Positions 15,214-58,696 of a stretch of DNA of 64,000 nt are shown here, in pieces. Made by a program: the position numbers and the translations under genes. Origin of the DNA: the human T2T-CHM13v2.0 reference genome, Homo sapiens. Below the pieces are notes generated by a model. The model was given only the letters and a program-made list of their open reading frames with translations, ran no database searches and was not told where the DNA came from. The DNA lies in assembly GCF_009914755.1 (NCBI RefSeq), contig NC_060937.1; one strand, written 5' to 3'. The number at the start of each line of letters is the position of its first letter. Position 1 is the stretch's first letter.

Positions 15214-16202
15214 ATTACACAAACTGATACAGCGCTGACTGCTGACCCATAGAGCATATTCCTTACCTTGCACCAAATACTCTTAATATTTTTCATAAAG
15301 ACTGTTTCAATGAAAAATTGGCATGAGAATAAAAAACCCAAACTTGAATCTAGGGCTAGGGCCCAGTTTTCTCCTGCAGATGCTTTTTTATGGGCATGTA
15401 TATGCTTTTTGAACGAAGTTGCTTGATGGATACAAAGCGATTCCTCCAAAGTTATATATTAAAGTTGTAACTTAGGGGAGAAGTATTTAAAAAAATTAAT
15501 AGCTTGCAAAGATCATCAGTGTGCTGAATTGATCCAAAAGAAGTTAATTTATTTAAAGCCATTAAACCACAAGTCCATAAAGACCTTATTGTTTTTTGTT
15601 TTTGTTGAATCACAGACATCAATATCAAGCCTCTGGGTATACTTACCAGGCCAGAAACAATTAAGTAAATTATACTCAGAAACAACCTACCAAGCTTTTC
15701 ATATGTTCTAATCCAATCCTCCCACATCCATCAAGCAAACGCCTAGCTAATCATGTGGACTTTGCACAATACCCTACAGGCCAGAAAACTTGGATTCTAG
15801 AACCTGAGTTTCAGAGGCTTGGATGCTTTTTAAATACTTCTTAGCTTAATTGCTTGTCTCTGCCTTTTGATGAAGTGGGCCAGACTCCCAACTGCATTTC
15901 TGTCCCCATCTCCTCATCTTCCCACCCTACCCTTATTCAACCATGAAGGATAAGGCCTGATTATTCACCTAGAGAAATCAAATGAAATAAATTTAACACA
16001 ACAGTTTCCTAAATCCCTTAATAATTCAAAAAAGAAATGTCAGAAAGCATAAATCAACCAGTCTCTTCTGTTAACCCAGTGAGGTACACAGCTGATGTCC
16101 AATGACCGGGGGCTCAGAAAAGGAGGCCACGACTCAGAGATGCCTGTGCACTTTGGTCCTGTTTTCCTTTCAGCCTCCCAGGGGCTTCACATTCTTGACT
16201 TT

Positions 16203-16700
16203 TGTAGGGACTTGCAACTCGCCAAAATGGTATAAAGATTAAACTGAAGACATTTGAGATACAACAGATGAAGCAAGAAGCCTTTTCTGAGCTTCTCTTA
16301 TCTGAGGAAAGGCACAGCCTTCCAAGAAGGAAGCTGCCATAGGTCCTCTCTGTCTCTGGGGGAATTTCCAGCAAGGAAGGAGACTATTAGCACTGGGATA
16401 TGAAACTGCATAAACAAACATTATGACAAACTGTCCTACCTTCCGTTTGTTTCCCTAAAGCCATCTGTCTCTCCTAAAAGCTCATTTATTTCCCACAGAA
16501 GTCCTCTCTCTCCCTCTTTCCCCCTCTTAAGCAGGTATATAAACCCTTATCCCTAGCTGTTCAGCCAGCCTCTTCATTTGAATGTTCCCACATGCGTGTG
16601 AGTTAAAATTTTTCTCCCATTAATCTGTCTGTTTTTAGTTAATTCACAGCCCCTCCCGCCACCCACTGAACCCTAAAGGCAAAGGGGAAATCTTTCCAAC
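16203..16700 (+). mobile_element. MER34-like ERV1 LTR
   Basis: TGTAGGGAC...aactgaagacatttgag start; TATAAA near 16537. Confidence 0.55.
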
Positions 16701-16730
16701 ACTTTCCATTGCTTTCATCCATTTCTCTAG

Positions 16731-17105
<375 letters not shown>

Positions 17106-18168
17106 CACACCCCTCACTTTTACTCAGAAATGTAGTGTGTTTAGTATAAAAGTCTTGGAGACAAGGCAGCTCTTCTCCACCCTTTCTGCCTATCTTCATT
17201 GCACACACAGGCCAGGGTTTTTCTAGAGGACTTTAGCGTATGGGCAGGAGAGGGTGACAGGAGGGGATAGTGGAGTTTTGCTGCTCTCTGTGGTCAGGGC
17301 TCAGGCAGGACTCTAAGGGAAGCCTCACTGAACCCACTGTCCTCAGTCCTTCTGTGGTTGGAATGGTCAGGGCACATGTCCACGACTCTTCCAATTAGTG
17401 GGATAGAAAGCAGGGCCCTAGCCCCAGATTCTACCACTCAGCTCCCTAGCCTATTCTCCTCATTTGCAATTGGAAAAGTTGACTCCGATTTTCCCAACCA
17501 CAAAAGTTTACATACAATTCAGAAGGGAATAAAACTGCAACCCAACCCTCTCATTCGACATGTCTTTCCCATTGATGCCTGATTCTTTCCCGACAGGCAG
17601 GAAGGAATCTATCAAACCACAGGCCAAAGATCCCTATTCAGACAGCACATTTTACCCTCATGACAATAATTACCTAAATAGTTGGATAAGGAGAAATGCT
17701 TCAATTTGGCAATGACTGATGCTTCCCCCACAAAAAATGCAAGAAATAAAATCCAAGTGCTGTTCTTTGTCCTAATAAGAAATATACAAGGATATTCAAT
17801 CATATTGGTGCTTGTGTAATATTTACAAAATGTAAGGGACAATGCCTCTACCCCATGTATGAATCAATGAAAGACCAGAGAGGTTAATGACTGCTAGCGT
17901 GACCCAGTTATCTGGTGACAGAGGTAGGACTAGAACTTAGGTCTCAGATCCCAGGTCAGAGTTGTTATACTTGTTTATGTTTGTTTGTCCCTGTATAAGA
18001 CCAACCTTATCAGAATAGAAGTTTGCTTAAATTTATGATAACATACACTTTGCGGATATTAAGTTTCGTGGCAAATGATCTTCCTGGCTTTACTCAGTGT
18101 TGAATCTTGCTGCTTACACTAAACTGGCGCATTCCCTGAGCCCATGAAGAATTTCTATGCCAACCTTG

Positions 18169-18766
18169 TGAGGTAGGAGAATAGGCTCTGAAGGCAGGGA
18201 ACATAGGCCATTCACACTGACTTCTTAGAAATAAATCAAAAGGAAAACCCCAATCTTCCACTTCCAAGTAACAAAAGGAACAGAGGCTACTTCCTTTGCA
18301 ACCCCCACTTTTCTGCGTGGCAGATGAAAAACTGAAAGTACTTTTGATTCGTCCTCTCCCGCAACCAATCAGGCTGGTCGCAGGCCAAGTCTTCATTTGC
18401 ATAGGAATATAACGTTGTAACTTCACTTTAGCCTCTGATAGGTCACTTTCCACAACCAGTCAGAAGTTTGCATAGGGTGTAACTTTGTAACTTTGCCTCA
18501 TCCTCTGATTGGTCCCTTCTTGCAACCAATCAGACTGATCACAGACCACTACTTTATTTACATAGGGCGTACACAAAGTAACCAATGGGAAACCTCTAGA
18601 GGGTATTTAAATCCCAAAAAATTCTGTCATCGCGGGCTCCCACCCTGTGGAGTGAACTTTTGTTTTCAATAAATCTCTACATTTGTTTCTTCCTTTCTTA
18701 CTTTGTGCGTTTTGTCCAATTCTTTGTTCAAGACGTCAAGAACCTGGACACCCTCCACTGTTAACA
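18169..18766 (+). mobile_element. MER51-family solo LTR, complete
   Basis: TG...CA termini, 4-bp TSD CTTG on both sides, several CCAAT boxes, TATTTAAA and AATAAA. Confidence 0.85.
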
Positions 18767-18899
18767 CTTGTTTTGAGAATCTTGAGGCCTAATTACTTTC
18801 AATTAAAAATCTGGGGCCCAGAAAAGGACATGCTAGGAATCATTTATACTTCAGTGTAAACAGAGGTCTTCCCACCCATCTTTGGGTGGGTCTTTTGAT

Positions 18900-19575
18900 A
18901 CACTATACAGTAATACGCATAGCATTACCTATGAAGGTTTCTTGCTAAAAATGTTTGATCTGAAACTACTTAAGCCTCCAGGTAGACCTAACTTCCAGTT
19001 TATACGAAACTGAGAAAATGGAGAAACGAGTTAGATGACACCATGAAGAAATAACCAGGTACATCTAGAATATGAGGCATTCTCTAAGACATCTAGCCTG
19101 CGGCTGTTTTCAAAAATGTCAGTGCCATGAAGACAAAAAAAACCCACATCAAAAAGAGAGACAGCTGCATGTTTAACAGACTGAAAATACATTACCAAAA
19201 GTAATATGTGAACCTTTACTGAATCCTGCTATGGAAAAAAAAAAGCTGTAAATAAGATAATTTTGGGGGGACATGGAGAAATTAGAATACGTATATTAGA
19301 TATTAGGGAATAAAATATATGACTCCATTCTCTTAAGTATAAAAATAATATGGTCATTAGGTAGGAGTATACTATTGGTTTCAGAATATTTGTGCTAAAG
19401 TATTTAGAAGTGAAGTGTCATGACATCAACTTATTTTCAAACACACAAATTTCCACATACATACACACACAAAAATCAATATGGCAAATGTTAACAATTG
19501 TTAAATTCAGGTAGAGAAATACATCTTTCAATTTTTCTGTATGTTTTAAATTTTTCATAAAAATTTTAAAAAATT
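18900..19575 (+). mobile_element. Old L1ME-like 3' remnant
   Basis: tgctaaagtatttagaagtgaagtgtcatga...atggcaaatgttaacaattgttaaattc motifs. Confidence 0.6.
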
Positions 19576-20863
19576 AGTCTTGTCTTACACATCCTAGAAA
19601 TTTTTGGATTTCAATCCTATTTTCCATTAAAGACTGAACAACTTTCCTTCTTATCAATAGGATTTTAGGCATGGAAAGGTGATTAAAGATACATTTTGTG
19701 AAAATGAACAGACCCTTCCCCAAGACCACAAACGGCCTAAGTAGCCTCTTTATCTCTTTATTGCTAAGGCTTGTCTTGTACATACCAAGATCATACTTTT
19801 AATTCTCAAGTCAGGATATGTGGTCTGGCAAAAGATTTTTTTTCTTGCTTCTGCTTTTACTCATATGAAAGCCTTACAAAAGCATACAAATCAAAACATT
19901 TGTAGATATAATTTTTATTTGTTTAACAATGAATCATCTTTATTTAAAAATCACATAAATGAAATTACACTGTTTCAAGGATTTCAAATATACAGTTTCC
20001 ATGTCTTGTAGTCAACTCCGATGTGATTTACAGCAAAATCTTTAACTTTACAAGGTCAGCTTAATAATCTACCATAATGTATGTGAGGATAAAAATGTCT
20101 TCCTTGTCTTTTATTTTTAACTTTTAATTTCCTTTTTGAATCAGGCTTTGAGTTTTGACCTTCACAATTACTAAGGAAAGTCAGATTGCAGTAATTAGAA
20201 TACTATAGTAACATCATCTAAAACTATGGTTTGATTAGTCCATTAACTTAAGCAACCACAATTTCAACTCCTGAGAAATTTAAGCCGATTTAATTTGAGC
20301 TATGTGGTACACTATTCCCTTTTTATGATTGCTGAAATATCTGCAGAATAAGTCAGAGGTAGCATACTTATTTAGAATATTACAAGAGCGAAAGAAAATC
20401 CCGCAGAGCAGCAAATCAATTTAAGAGAAATGTGCATTTTCTAAATGTTAACACATGGAGCTTTCATTTGACATCTACTATCCAAATAGCTAAAATGACC
20501 ACTTTCCTTTAGAAATTTTTCTTCTGGGCAGAGAAATATTGCTTTATATTTTCCCTTAAGTTTATTCAATTAAAAAATGTGAAGGGCAGAGCTCCAGAGC
20601 CATTACATTTTTAAAATTTTCTGGAAATATAAATTTTTTTTTCAAGAGCTTATTTGGCTTAGTTTAGGTACGATTTCTCATCTCTGTAATTTCCATTCAG
20701 CCTTATAACCTAAAAACATGCTTTCCCTCCTCTCCTACGCCTACAGTTAATTCTCACAACAATCTTCATTAAGAGAGCAATGTTTTCATTCCAAGTCAAT
20801 AGATGAGGTACTAGGCAAAGTATAGAGCTGTTACTAGACATGCAACTGGAGAGCTTTCCAGAA

Positions 20864-24247
<3,384 letters not shown>

Positions 24248-25299
24248 TCGTTTGGAGCCAAGAGAAAAAGATGAAGACCTAGAATTGCTTCTTTTGCTCT
24301 TCAAAATCGACTTAAGTAGAGAAAACACAAGGGGGCTTCGACTTCCTAAATTTGGGATAGAATGGTTACATTGGTAAAATATAACATTTTCCATCACCCG
24401 GTAACACTATTTTTAAGAGTATGCCAATTAAAACATAGTGGGTTTAGCTATAAAACACAACAGTATTAAAAATACTATTAAAGCTAAGGACGGATCCTAG
24501 AAAAATCATTCAAGGTTAGAAGTTTCTATAAAGAAGCACCAAAGTGAGAATTAAAGATCAGTCTTTCTAAACAACAACAAAATATAAGTGAAATCAGATA
24601 TAAGACTTGCAAAACTGGTTCACCTCTTTCTTAAAGTGTGAGATTTGAGCAAGAAAGTGAGCTTTATGTAGTCAAATGGTGTTTGACTACAAATCGTAAA
24701 AATGCAAGAGATTCTGCCTGGGGTGAGGAGGGAGGGGGAAATGTGTGTGTGAGGAGGAAGGGGGAGAGAGAGGGAGAGAGAAATTGAGAGACAGACAGAC
24801 AGTGGCAAAGACTCTGCTCTTTAAAAAACCTGCAAATGAATAGAGATGCTGAGTGTCCAGGGAGGTGATTACACCCCCAGGAGCTCCGTGTTTAGTGGAA
24901 CACACACACCTATAAACAAATTGTATGAGTACAGTGTGATGGTAATATAGATGGCAGAACTTCAACATCTGCAGGTGAGGTCAAAGAGAGGCTCAAGCTA
25001 GCTAAAGATTCTAGAAGTGCAATAAAACAATTTTTGCATCTTTCGTACTGGCAAAAATTAAAGGTCTATTAATACCCATGGCTTGCTAGAGTGCAGGAAT
25101 TTCATCTCTATCTTTCAAATTTTAAGTGCATGTGCTTTTGGACCCAGATATACCAAATCTAGGCATTAATCCTTCAGAAATACACGCTCCTGTGTACACG
25201 CAGGTGTATATTGAGATGGTCAATGCAGCATTTTTTCAATAGTTGTAACAGTATAAATTCATGGCCTTCAAACATGGCTGCACCTTCACTGGGCGGTGG

Positions 25300-28770
<3,471 letters not shown>

Positions 28771-28867
28771 AGCTGACCTCACAGAACCTGGAAGCAACTG
28801 GGGCAGTGGAAGGCGGAGGTAAGGGAGGTAGGCGAGGGTAAGGCATTGGATAAAAAGCAAGTGGCGC

Positions 28868-29125
28868 AGCTGGGCGCGATGGCTCACGCCTGTAATCCCA
28901 GCACTTTGGGAGGTGGGCGGATCACGAGGTCAAGAGATCGCGAGCATCCTGGCTAACACAGCGAAACCCCCATCTCTACTAAAAATACAAAACATTAGCT
29001 GGGCGTGGTGGTACGTGCCTGTAGTCCCAGCTACTTGGGAGGCTGAGGTTGCAGTGAGCCAAGATTGCACCACGGCACTCCAGCCTGGGTGATGGAGTGA
29101 GACTCTATCTAACAAACAAACAAAA
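28868..29125 (+). mobile_element. Alu (Sc/Y-like) with a right-arm deletion
   Basis: ggatcacgaggtcaagagatcg...; partial right arm. Confidence 0.85.
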
Positions 29126-30224
29126 CCAAGTGGTTTGGTTGAAAGTCTGTATAGAGAGCAATTAAACTCCAAGACCCCCTCCTCCCCTACAAATGGCAAT
29201 TATCAAGGTCTACCATTTGGATTTCCCTTTAAGAAAAAGCTTGCCATTCAGCTGGCAAGAGTGCAGTTAGCCAGCAGCTTCCACTTGCAATGCCTTCGGG
29301 ATCCACCTGGTCGTTTCTAAGTAGCCCCTGGCCAATGGCTGAGCACAATAGGGAACCCAGCCATTTCTGCCCAGGTGGGGCTTTTTTTTCAGGAGATTTT
29401 GCTCTGCAGATCCCTGTTGAGCTGGATGAGATTCTGAAGCCCACTCTGCCAACCCTCTTCCTCACCCCTTCCTTTTCACAGATGTCTGATCTACGCTGCA
29501 GCCTGAAGATTTCTTCTGCCCAATTATGCATCCTCCCTTTTGTATCTTTCACAAGCATTAACTCCCTATCCTATTAATAAACTGCTAGCACCTCTAATTT
29601 GGCCTCAGCCACTACTTCCCAGAGGACCCAAATGACACAGTCACTTCTAAGAGTGGTCTAACAAAACAGTTGATAAGATGGGTTTAGACTGGATCACTTT
29701 CTGCCTGTCTGGTCATAAGAATACCATCCTGGGTGAGGCAGGGGGCATACACAGTCCCTAGCATAAGGTAGTGATGCAGTTGCTAAAACTTTCATGTTGG
29801 TGACTTGGGGGGAATGTTCTTTGGAAGGGGACCACCCTGCCCTGCTTACTGCAATAATTCAGGCACTTGAAAAGCTCAGGAGAACACGTCTTACAAGGGC
29901 AGTGGAATTGTTGGTCTTTAATAAGTTGTACTGATGTCCTCCAGAAGGGTAATGAAAAGCTAAGAACAAGAAATAAGTGACAACTAAGTGTGAGGGCCTT
30001 ATCATGAGGTAGGAGAATAGAAGAAGCCCAAGACCAAACTCAGTATTTAATAGTTTAAAAGCTGCAGACATCTTTAAAGGAATCCACTCAGACAGTCTCA
30101 TCTTTGTGTCAGGGTCCTAGATTTTCCCAACCAGCACCCTAACCTTGGCTGAAGCAAACTTAACAAACCTACCTCAGCTGGGCCTCTGGCCTGGCTGAGA
30201 TAGTAAATCAAAAACAAAATCACA

Positions 30225-30397
30225 GCTGGGAGCAGTGATCGCATGAGAACTTACTATCGCGAAGACAGTGTCAAGAAGCCAAGAGGGATTCGCCGCCATG
30301 ACCCAATACTTTAGAACCAAGGCAGGAGGATCACTTGGGTGCAGGAGTTCGAGACCAGCCTGGGCAACATAGTGAGACCCTCGTCTCAATTTAAAAC
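30225..30397 (+). mobile_element. FLAM (Alu left monomer) with an internal MST-derived patch
   Basis: TSD ACAAAATCACA at 30214-30224 and 30398-30408; Alu B-box region ggagttcgagaccagcctgggcaacatagtgagaccc. Confidence 0.8.
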
Positions 30398-30564
30398 ACA
30401 AAATCACACCTTGGAGGAGGTGAAGATGATGCCACCCTTGAGGATCTCAAGGTTACAGAGAGGCCCCCACCAAAGCTCCGTTTAATTCACCAGTCTGGCC
30501 ACTGCTAGAACTGGGTAGATCCTGGTGAAATGACTGCAGTCAAGGCCAGCTCAATTAAGGAGCA

Positions 30565-30963
30565 GCTCTGCTGTAAAGAAATACCTGCGACTGGGTAATT
30601 TATAAGAAAAGAGGTTTAATTGGCTCACGGTTCTGCAGGCTGTACAATCATGGCGCTGACATCCCTTGGCTTCTGGGGAGGCCTCAGGGAGCTTTTACCC
30701 ATGCCGGAAGGCAAATTGGGAGCAGGCACATTACACAGTGAAAGCAGGAGCAAGAGAGAGAGGCAGTAGCGGGGATGGAGGGTAGGTGTCTCACACTTTT
30801 AAACAACCAGATCTCACAAGGACTTACTATCTTGAAGACAATGTCAAGCATGAGGGATTCTCCTCCATGACCCAAACACCCCCCACCAGGCCCTACCTGC
30901 AGCACTAGGGATTACAATGCAACATGAGATTTGCACGGGGACAAATATCCAAACTTATATACC
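30565..30963 (-). mobile_element. MST (MSTB-like) MaLR LTR inserted in the ERVL pol
   Basis: aaagaaatacctgcgactgggtaatttataagaaaagaggtttaattggctcacggttctgcaggctgtac...gacaaatatccaaac. Confidence 0.88.
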
Positions 30964-31860
30964 AGGTTCTGATGGCAGCTGCTGTGCTTATGTGGCATCT
31001 TCTTTGCTGAAGTGGATTAGAAGGACCCTGGAACATAGTATCCAGCCACTGATTTGCTGTATGTGTTCTTTTCCATCTCAACCATGATGATCAGAAACCA
31101 GGAGCATTTGCAGTTTCACCTTAGGGCTATGTAAGTTCTGCTCTCCTAAGAGACTTGGGTGTCCTGAACATCCTGTAGAATGTCACAGTGATCTATCACA
31201 TTGATGGTGTCATGCTGATCAGGCAGAATTAGCAAAGGTGGCTAGCACCCTGATGGCTTTGGTAATTCACATTCACCCCAGAAGGTGGGAGATAAAATCT
31301 GATGAAGATTCAAGGACTTGTGATTTCAGTAAAGTTTTTAGGAGTCAAACAATCAAGGTGTGCCAGGACATGCCCTCCAAGTAAAAGTCAAACTGCTTTA
31401 TCTTATATCCCCTTCCTCAGAGAAGGAAACACAGAGTGTGGCTTTGGGTTCTGGAGGGAACACATTCCACACTTAGGGATACTGCTCCAGCTTATATACT
31501 GAGCGACAGAAAAGGCTGCCAGCTTTGAGGGGTCTGGGGCGGGAAAGAGGTCTGCAGCAGGTCCAAGCTGGGGTGTAAGCATTCCTGCCACTTGGGCTAT
31601 ATGATGTGGTAAACCCTATGGTGTTGGTGGTGTCAGTGGTAGAGACAGATGTAGTGTGGGTTTTATGGTGAGCCCCAGTGGAGAATAACTATGCAGGTCC
31701 CATGGTTACACCTGGGAAAGACCATTTCAGGCTCAGTGGAGAATCATGCCTTTGGAAAATAAATTACTGTGCCATGGTAGACCCAGAATACTTGACGACA
31801 AGACACCAAATGACCATGCATCTAGAACTGCCCATATGTACTAAGTTCACTTGGACCCAC

Positions 31861-32232
31861 TGTTAAGGGCTGAAATGTGTCTCCCCCAAATTCTTATGTT
31901 GAAGTACTAACCCCTGGTACCTCAGAAAGTGACTATACTTAGAAACAAAGTTTTTAAAGAGGTATATTAAAATGAGATCTTTAAAATACACTCTAATCCA
32001 GTATGACTGGTGTCTTTATAAGAAGAGAAAATTTAGACACAGAGTAAAGATCACATAAGGACAGATGATGGCCACCTGCAAGCCAAGAGAGGCCTCGGAA
32101 GAAACCATCCCTGCCAACACCTTGATCCTGACCTTGGACTTCTAGCTTCCAGATCTGTGAGAAAATTAATTTATGTTGTAGAAGCTACCCAGTCTCTGAT
32201 ATTCTGTTATGGCAGTTCTAGCAGAGTAATGT
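31861..32232 (+). mobile_element. MLT1B-like MaLR LTR inserted in the ERVL pol
   Basis: tgttaagggctgaaatgtgtctcccccaaattc...cctgccaacaccttgatc...ttctgttatggcag. Confidence 0.85.
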
Positions 32233-33576
32233 GCCCACCCACTCAGAGTCAGGTGGAGCCAGCAGCAGTCCACTGGAAGATGGAAATGGCACATCTGGGA
32301 TCGAGCATGAGCAGAATGGGAGAGCACAGGTAAGTTGTAAGAGCAGGTAGGCCAGACTCCCATGTCACCACCTTAGTTCTTTATACCTGTGGCCATATAG
32401 AGGGTCCCATACAACCAACTGAAAGGAGAAAAAAAGTTGATCTTAGTTTATAGATGGATTGGCCTGTTCTGTGGGTGCAAGCCAAAAATGGAGGGTGGTT
32501 GCCTGAAAACCATGCAGGGGTGGCCTTAAAAAGAATGTGGAAAGAGAAAACCTTTCCAAGAAAAAAGCTTCGAGTAGTATCCCTGCTCATGCACTATGTA
32601 TAGTAGTGACCTGTGGTGAGAATATACATTTAGTCATGACCAGTAGCCTGGCTAGCTACTTTGGGGCTTAGAAGGAAAAAGTCTAGAGGAGCAGGAAACA
32701 AGGAAGTAAAGGTTGGAGAAGCGTGGATAGGCCTATCTATGGGAGAGGGTGGGGAGTGTGAAGATCTGTGTATTCCATGTTAACACTCACTAGAAAGCAA
32801 CCACCATAGCAAGAGGCACTGAACCACCCAGTAGATAAAATGACTTGGTCAGTTAACTTTAGCCAGCTTTCATCATCAGCCACCCCAGAACTACCATGAT
32901 GGGCACCTGAATGGAATAGGCCTCACTGTACAGATGGTCCCTACTCTTGGGACCCACAGCATGAATTCTCACTTACCACAGCCAATGTAGCTATTGTCAC
33001 CTGTGAATATCCAACCTGCTGGCAATAGAGACAAATACTGAGCCCCCAATATGGCACTATTCTTCAAGGAAACCCACCAGCTACCTGGTGGGACATGAAC
33101 TCCATTGGGCCCTTTCCACTGTGAAAGGGCTAGTAGCTGATTCTCACAATAGACATTTTCTCCACATGGGTTGGGTTTGCCTTTCTGCCCGCACAGCCTG
33201 CCCAATTTTGCTTCCTCCTTCTTTTATCGTTATAGTCATTACTTTCTCTCTGCATCTGCTTCCTGTAAGACTCAACTGACACACCTGTCTTCCCTCTCTT
33301 TCTCTCCAGAAAGGGGAAATTGGAGAAATTGAATAGAAGAGGTATGGACTCAGGGATCCCTAAGCACAGTGGGAGGCTGGTATTTAAGGGTATTTTTAAA
33401 GTATAAGACTTTCTAATGAGGAATTATGATGCCTCCATACCAAAATCTGCATTCTTAATAGAGGGCCACCCAGTTTCTTTTCCCTTTCTCAACCCAATAG
33501 CCAATCAGTTACTTTTTCAAGTCTTCTTAAAGTCTTTAGGGCAAAGAAGGATTAAAAATATATAATCAAATTTTTT

Positions 33577-33582
33577 TTTATT
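33577..33582 (-). terminator. TGDS: TGDS polyadenylation signal AATAAA (3'UTR about 33560-34288)
   Basis: TTTATT on the plus strand about 710 nt past the stop codon, at the end of an AU-rich UTR. Confidence 0.75.
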
Positions 33583-34288
33583 TTTCTACAGCAAAATAAA
33601 AACATTATTTTAAAAAGCAATATTCTACATTAAATACATTAAGATATTGACAATTTTATAAATACAATCATTTTAAACAGTAAACATGATAAATTTCTGA
33701 TACAAGGTTTTACATACGTTAATTGTGAAAATATAAAAACTTTACACACTTCTCTTAAAAAGCATTCAACGTAATCAATTTTACAAAATTATCAATTTAA
33801 AAAGTGTTAGATATGCTTCTATTTTGTTCCATTATTAAGGCAATGATAGCATATCAGATCTTAAAAAAGAAATGGTGAATTAGGGCCTAAGACATCCTAT
33901 ATTGCCTAAAAACGAACATTTCAGAGACTTTCTTAGGCACTGAGTTCAAAACCAGTGAAGGTTGCCTTCTCCCTAGCACCACTACCCCTCATGGTTGTCC
34001 GAATCAGGAGACTTCTTCCTGGCTACCCTTAGGGAGAGTCTTCTACACCTATTATTTCCTAGTTTCTAGGAGAAAGGGTTTCAGAAAGAATTTTGACATT
34101 TAAATTCTATGCCAGTACTGAAACTCTCCCAAAGATTGAGGCATTCTGCATTTGAATTTTATACAGAAAGTCATGAATCTAATTCCAAAAGAAAAGAGTG
34201 CACTTCATTTGGTCACTTAATTTCATACCACTTGGCGAGGTAGGATAACTTTCTTCTTTGACAACTGTCTCGACTATATAAATGGTGA

Positions 34289-55940
<21,652 letters not shown>

Positions 55941-56015
55941 TGGATCAGATTTATGAATGAGTACCTTTTTTCATTCTTGTACTACAGCCATCTCTAGAGG
56001 TTACCTATCAGTTGA

Positions 56016-56696
<681 letters not shown>

Positions 56697-57847
56697 TTAT
56701 TATTACAGACAGCGCAGAAGGCTTGCAATCATGATAAAGATATTCCCTAGGTCCTACGCTGATGTCTTATTCTATTCTCTCCTTTGCTCACTCCGCCCCA
56801 GCCTCCCCACCCTCCTTGCTCTTCATTCAATGTGCCAGGCATGCTACTTCCCCGGGACCTTGATTGTCTTTCCCCAGATGTCTGCCTAGTTTTTACCCTT
56901 ACTTCCGTTTTCAGCTTGAATGGCATCCTATTGACCACCACAATTAAAATAGCGAGCTCTGCCCAACCCTGCCGAATCATCTTATCCTTCTTTATTTTTC
57001 TTCCTAGCACTCAACATTTACATTGATGTCACTGCCCTCTGTTTAGTGTTCCATGAGGTCAGGGGCTTTGTTTTGTTTTCTGCTGTAATCGCATGTCCTT
57101 AGAGACTTGGCACAGAATAAATGACCATTAAATATTGTCGAATAGATAAATATCTTTTTTTCCCCACCATAATGTTTGGCAAAGCTGAAAACGAATGGAA
57201 ACATCCAGTACAGGTGTATATGTGGAAGAATCATACCACAACCTTTTTACAAGGCAAAGTGGTAAAACATATGAAAATTTCAAATGTTCATATTCTATGA
57301 CCCCCTCAAATTCCATGATGTATAATATAGATAATTGTTCATTGCTGTATTGCTTGCAATAATGAAACACTGGAAATAATCTAAATGTGTATAATGTCTT
57401 CTAACTTTTAAAATGCAGTAAACTGCTATATAGCCTTTAAAAAGAATATACCAACATGGAATGAAGACCAAAATATATTGCAGTCGATACGTACAGTTTT
57501 TTTCTGACCAGACTCCTCCCCCCACTGTCCTTTATGATCTCCCCAAGTTGACCCAGGCAGGCCACAGAATGAAATCTGGCTGACTCTAGGCCAACTGAAG
57601 CCTCTTCTTGGGATTTAGAATTCGACTAAGGTGCTAGTATAGTCTGGTTACTCTACTTGAACTCTGAGGTCCTACAAAGCTGGAACTTTTTGGTGGCCAT
57701 GTTCTTTCAAAGTGAGGAGCCAGAAAGCCTGTCTTCACAGTGAGAAAAACAAAGTTGATTGAGAAGAAAGAAAAGATAGGAAAGGCCTAACATTCAAGGC
57801 CTGTGTTATGATTTCTCTTCAGGACCAGTTTTATTCCTGTCCTTGGT

Positions 57848-57909
57848 TTACAAATACCACATATATTTGTGGTATTTGTAATACCACATATATTTGTGGT
57901 ATTTGTGGC
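57848..57909. repeat. Palindrome plus exact 27-bp tandem duplication
   Basis: AATACCACATATATTTGTGGTATTTGT x2 (57853-57879, 57880-57906). Confidence 0.95.
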
Positions 57910-58013
57910 TTACTTGAAAGGATTGACCCTAAACTCTTAAAATAAGTTACCTTTAGGGATGAGATATGGGCAGGGAAAGGAGGAAATGGGGAGTTTAATT
58001 TTTACTTTATATA

Positions 58014-58304
<291 letters not shown>

Positions 58305-58376
58305 CACTTTATATACTTTTGACTGTGAATTTTTTTCTGAGACACATGGATTACTTGCATAATAAAGAATCCTTGC

Positions 58377-58696
<320 letters not shown>

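Larger units (their letters stand above)
29240..33200 (+). mobile_element. Decayed ERVL-class provirus: LTR (about 29240-29638) plus gag/pol remnants
   Basis: LTR end aataaac...gaggacccaaatgaca. Pol motifs: PFNSPVWPL (30478), YPATDLLYVFFSI (31039), IYHIDGVMLI (about 31190, degenerate YxDD), KIQGLVISVKFLGV, FGFWREHIPHLGILL, and integrase YGTILQGNPPATWWDMNSIGPFP (about 33050). Confidence 0.85.

Noticed and set aside
57848-57909. Palindromic repeat resembling a CRISPR repeat
   Set aside because: Only two adjacent copies with no spacers and no cas genes, in a eukaryotic context.
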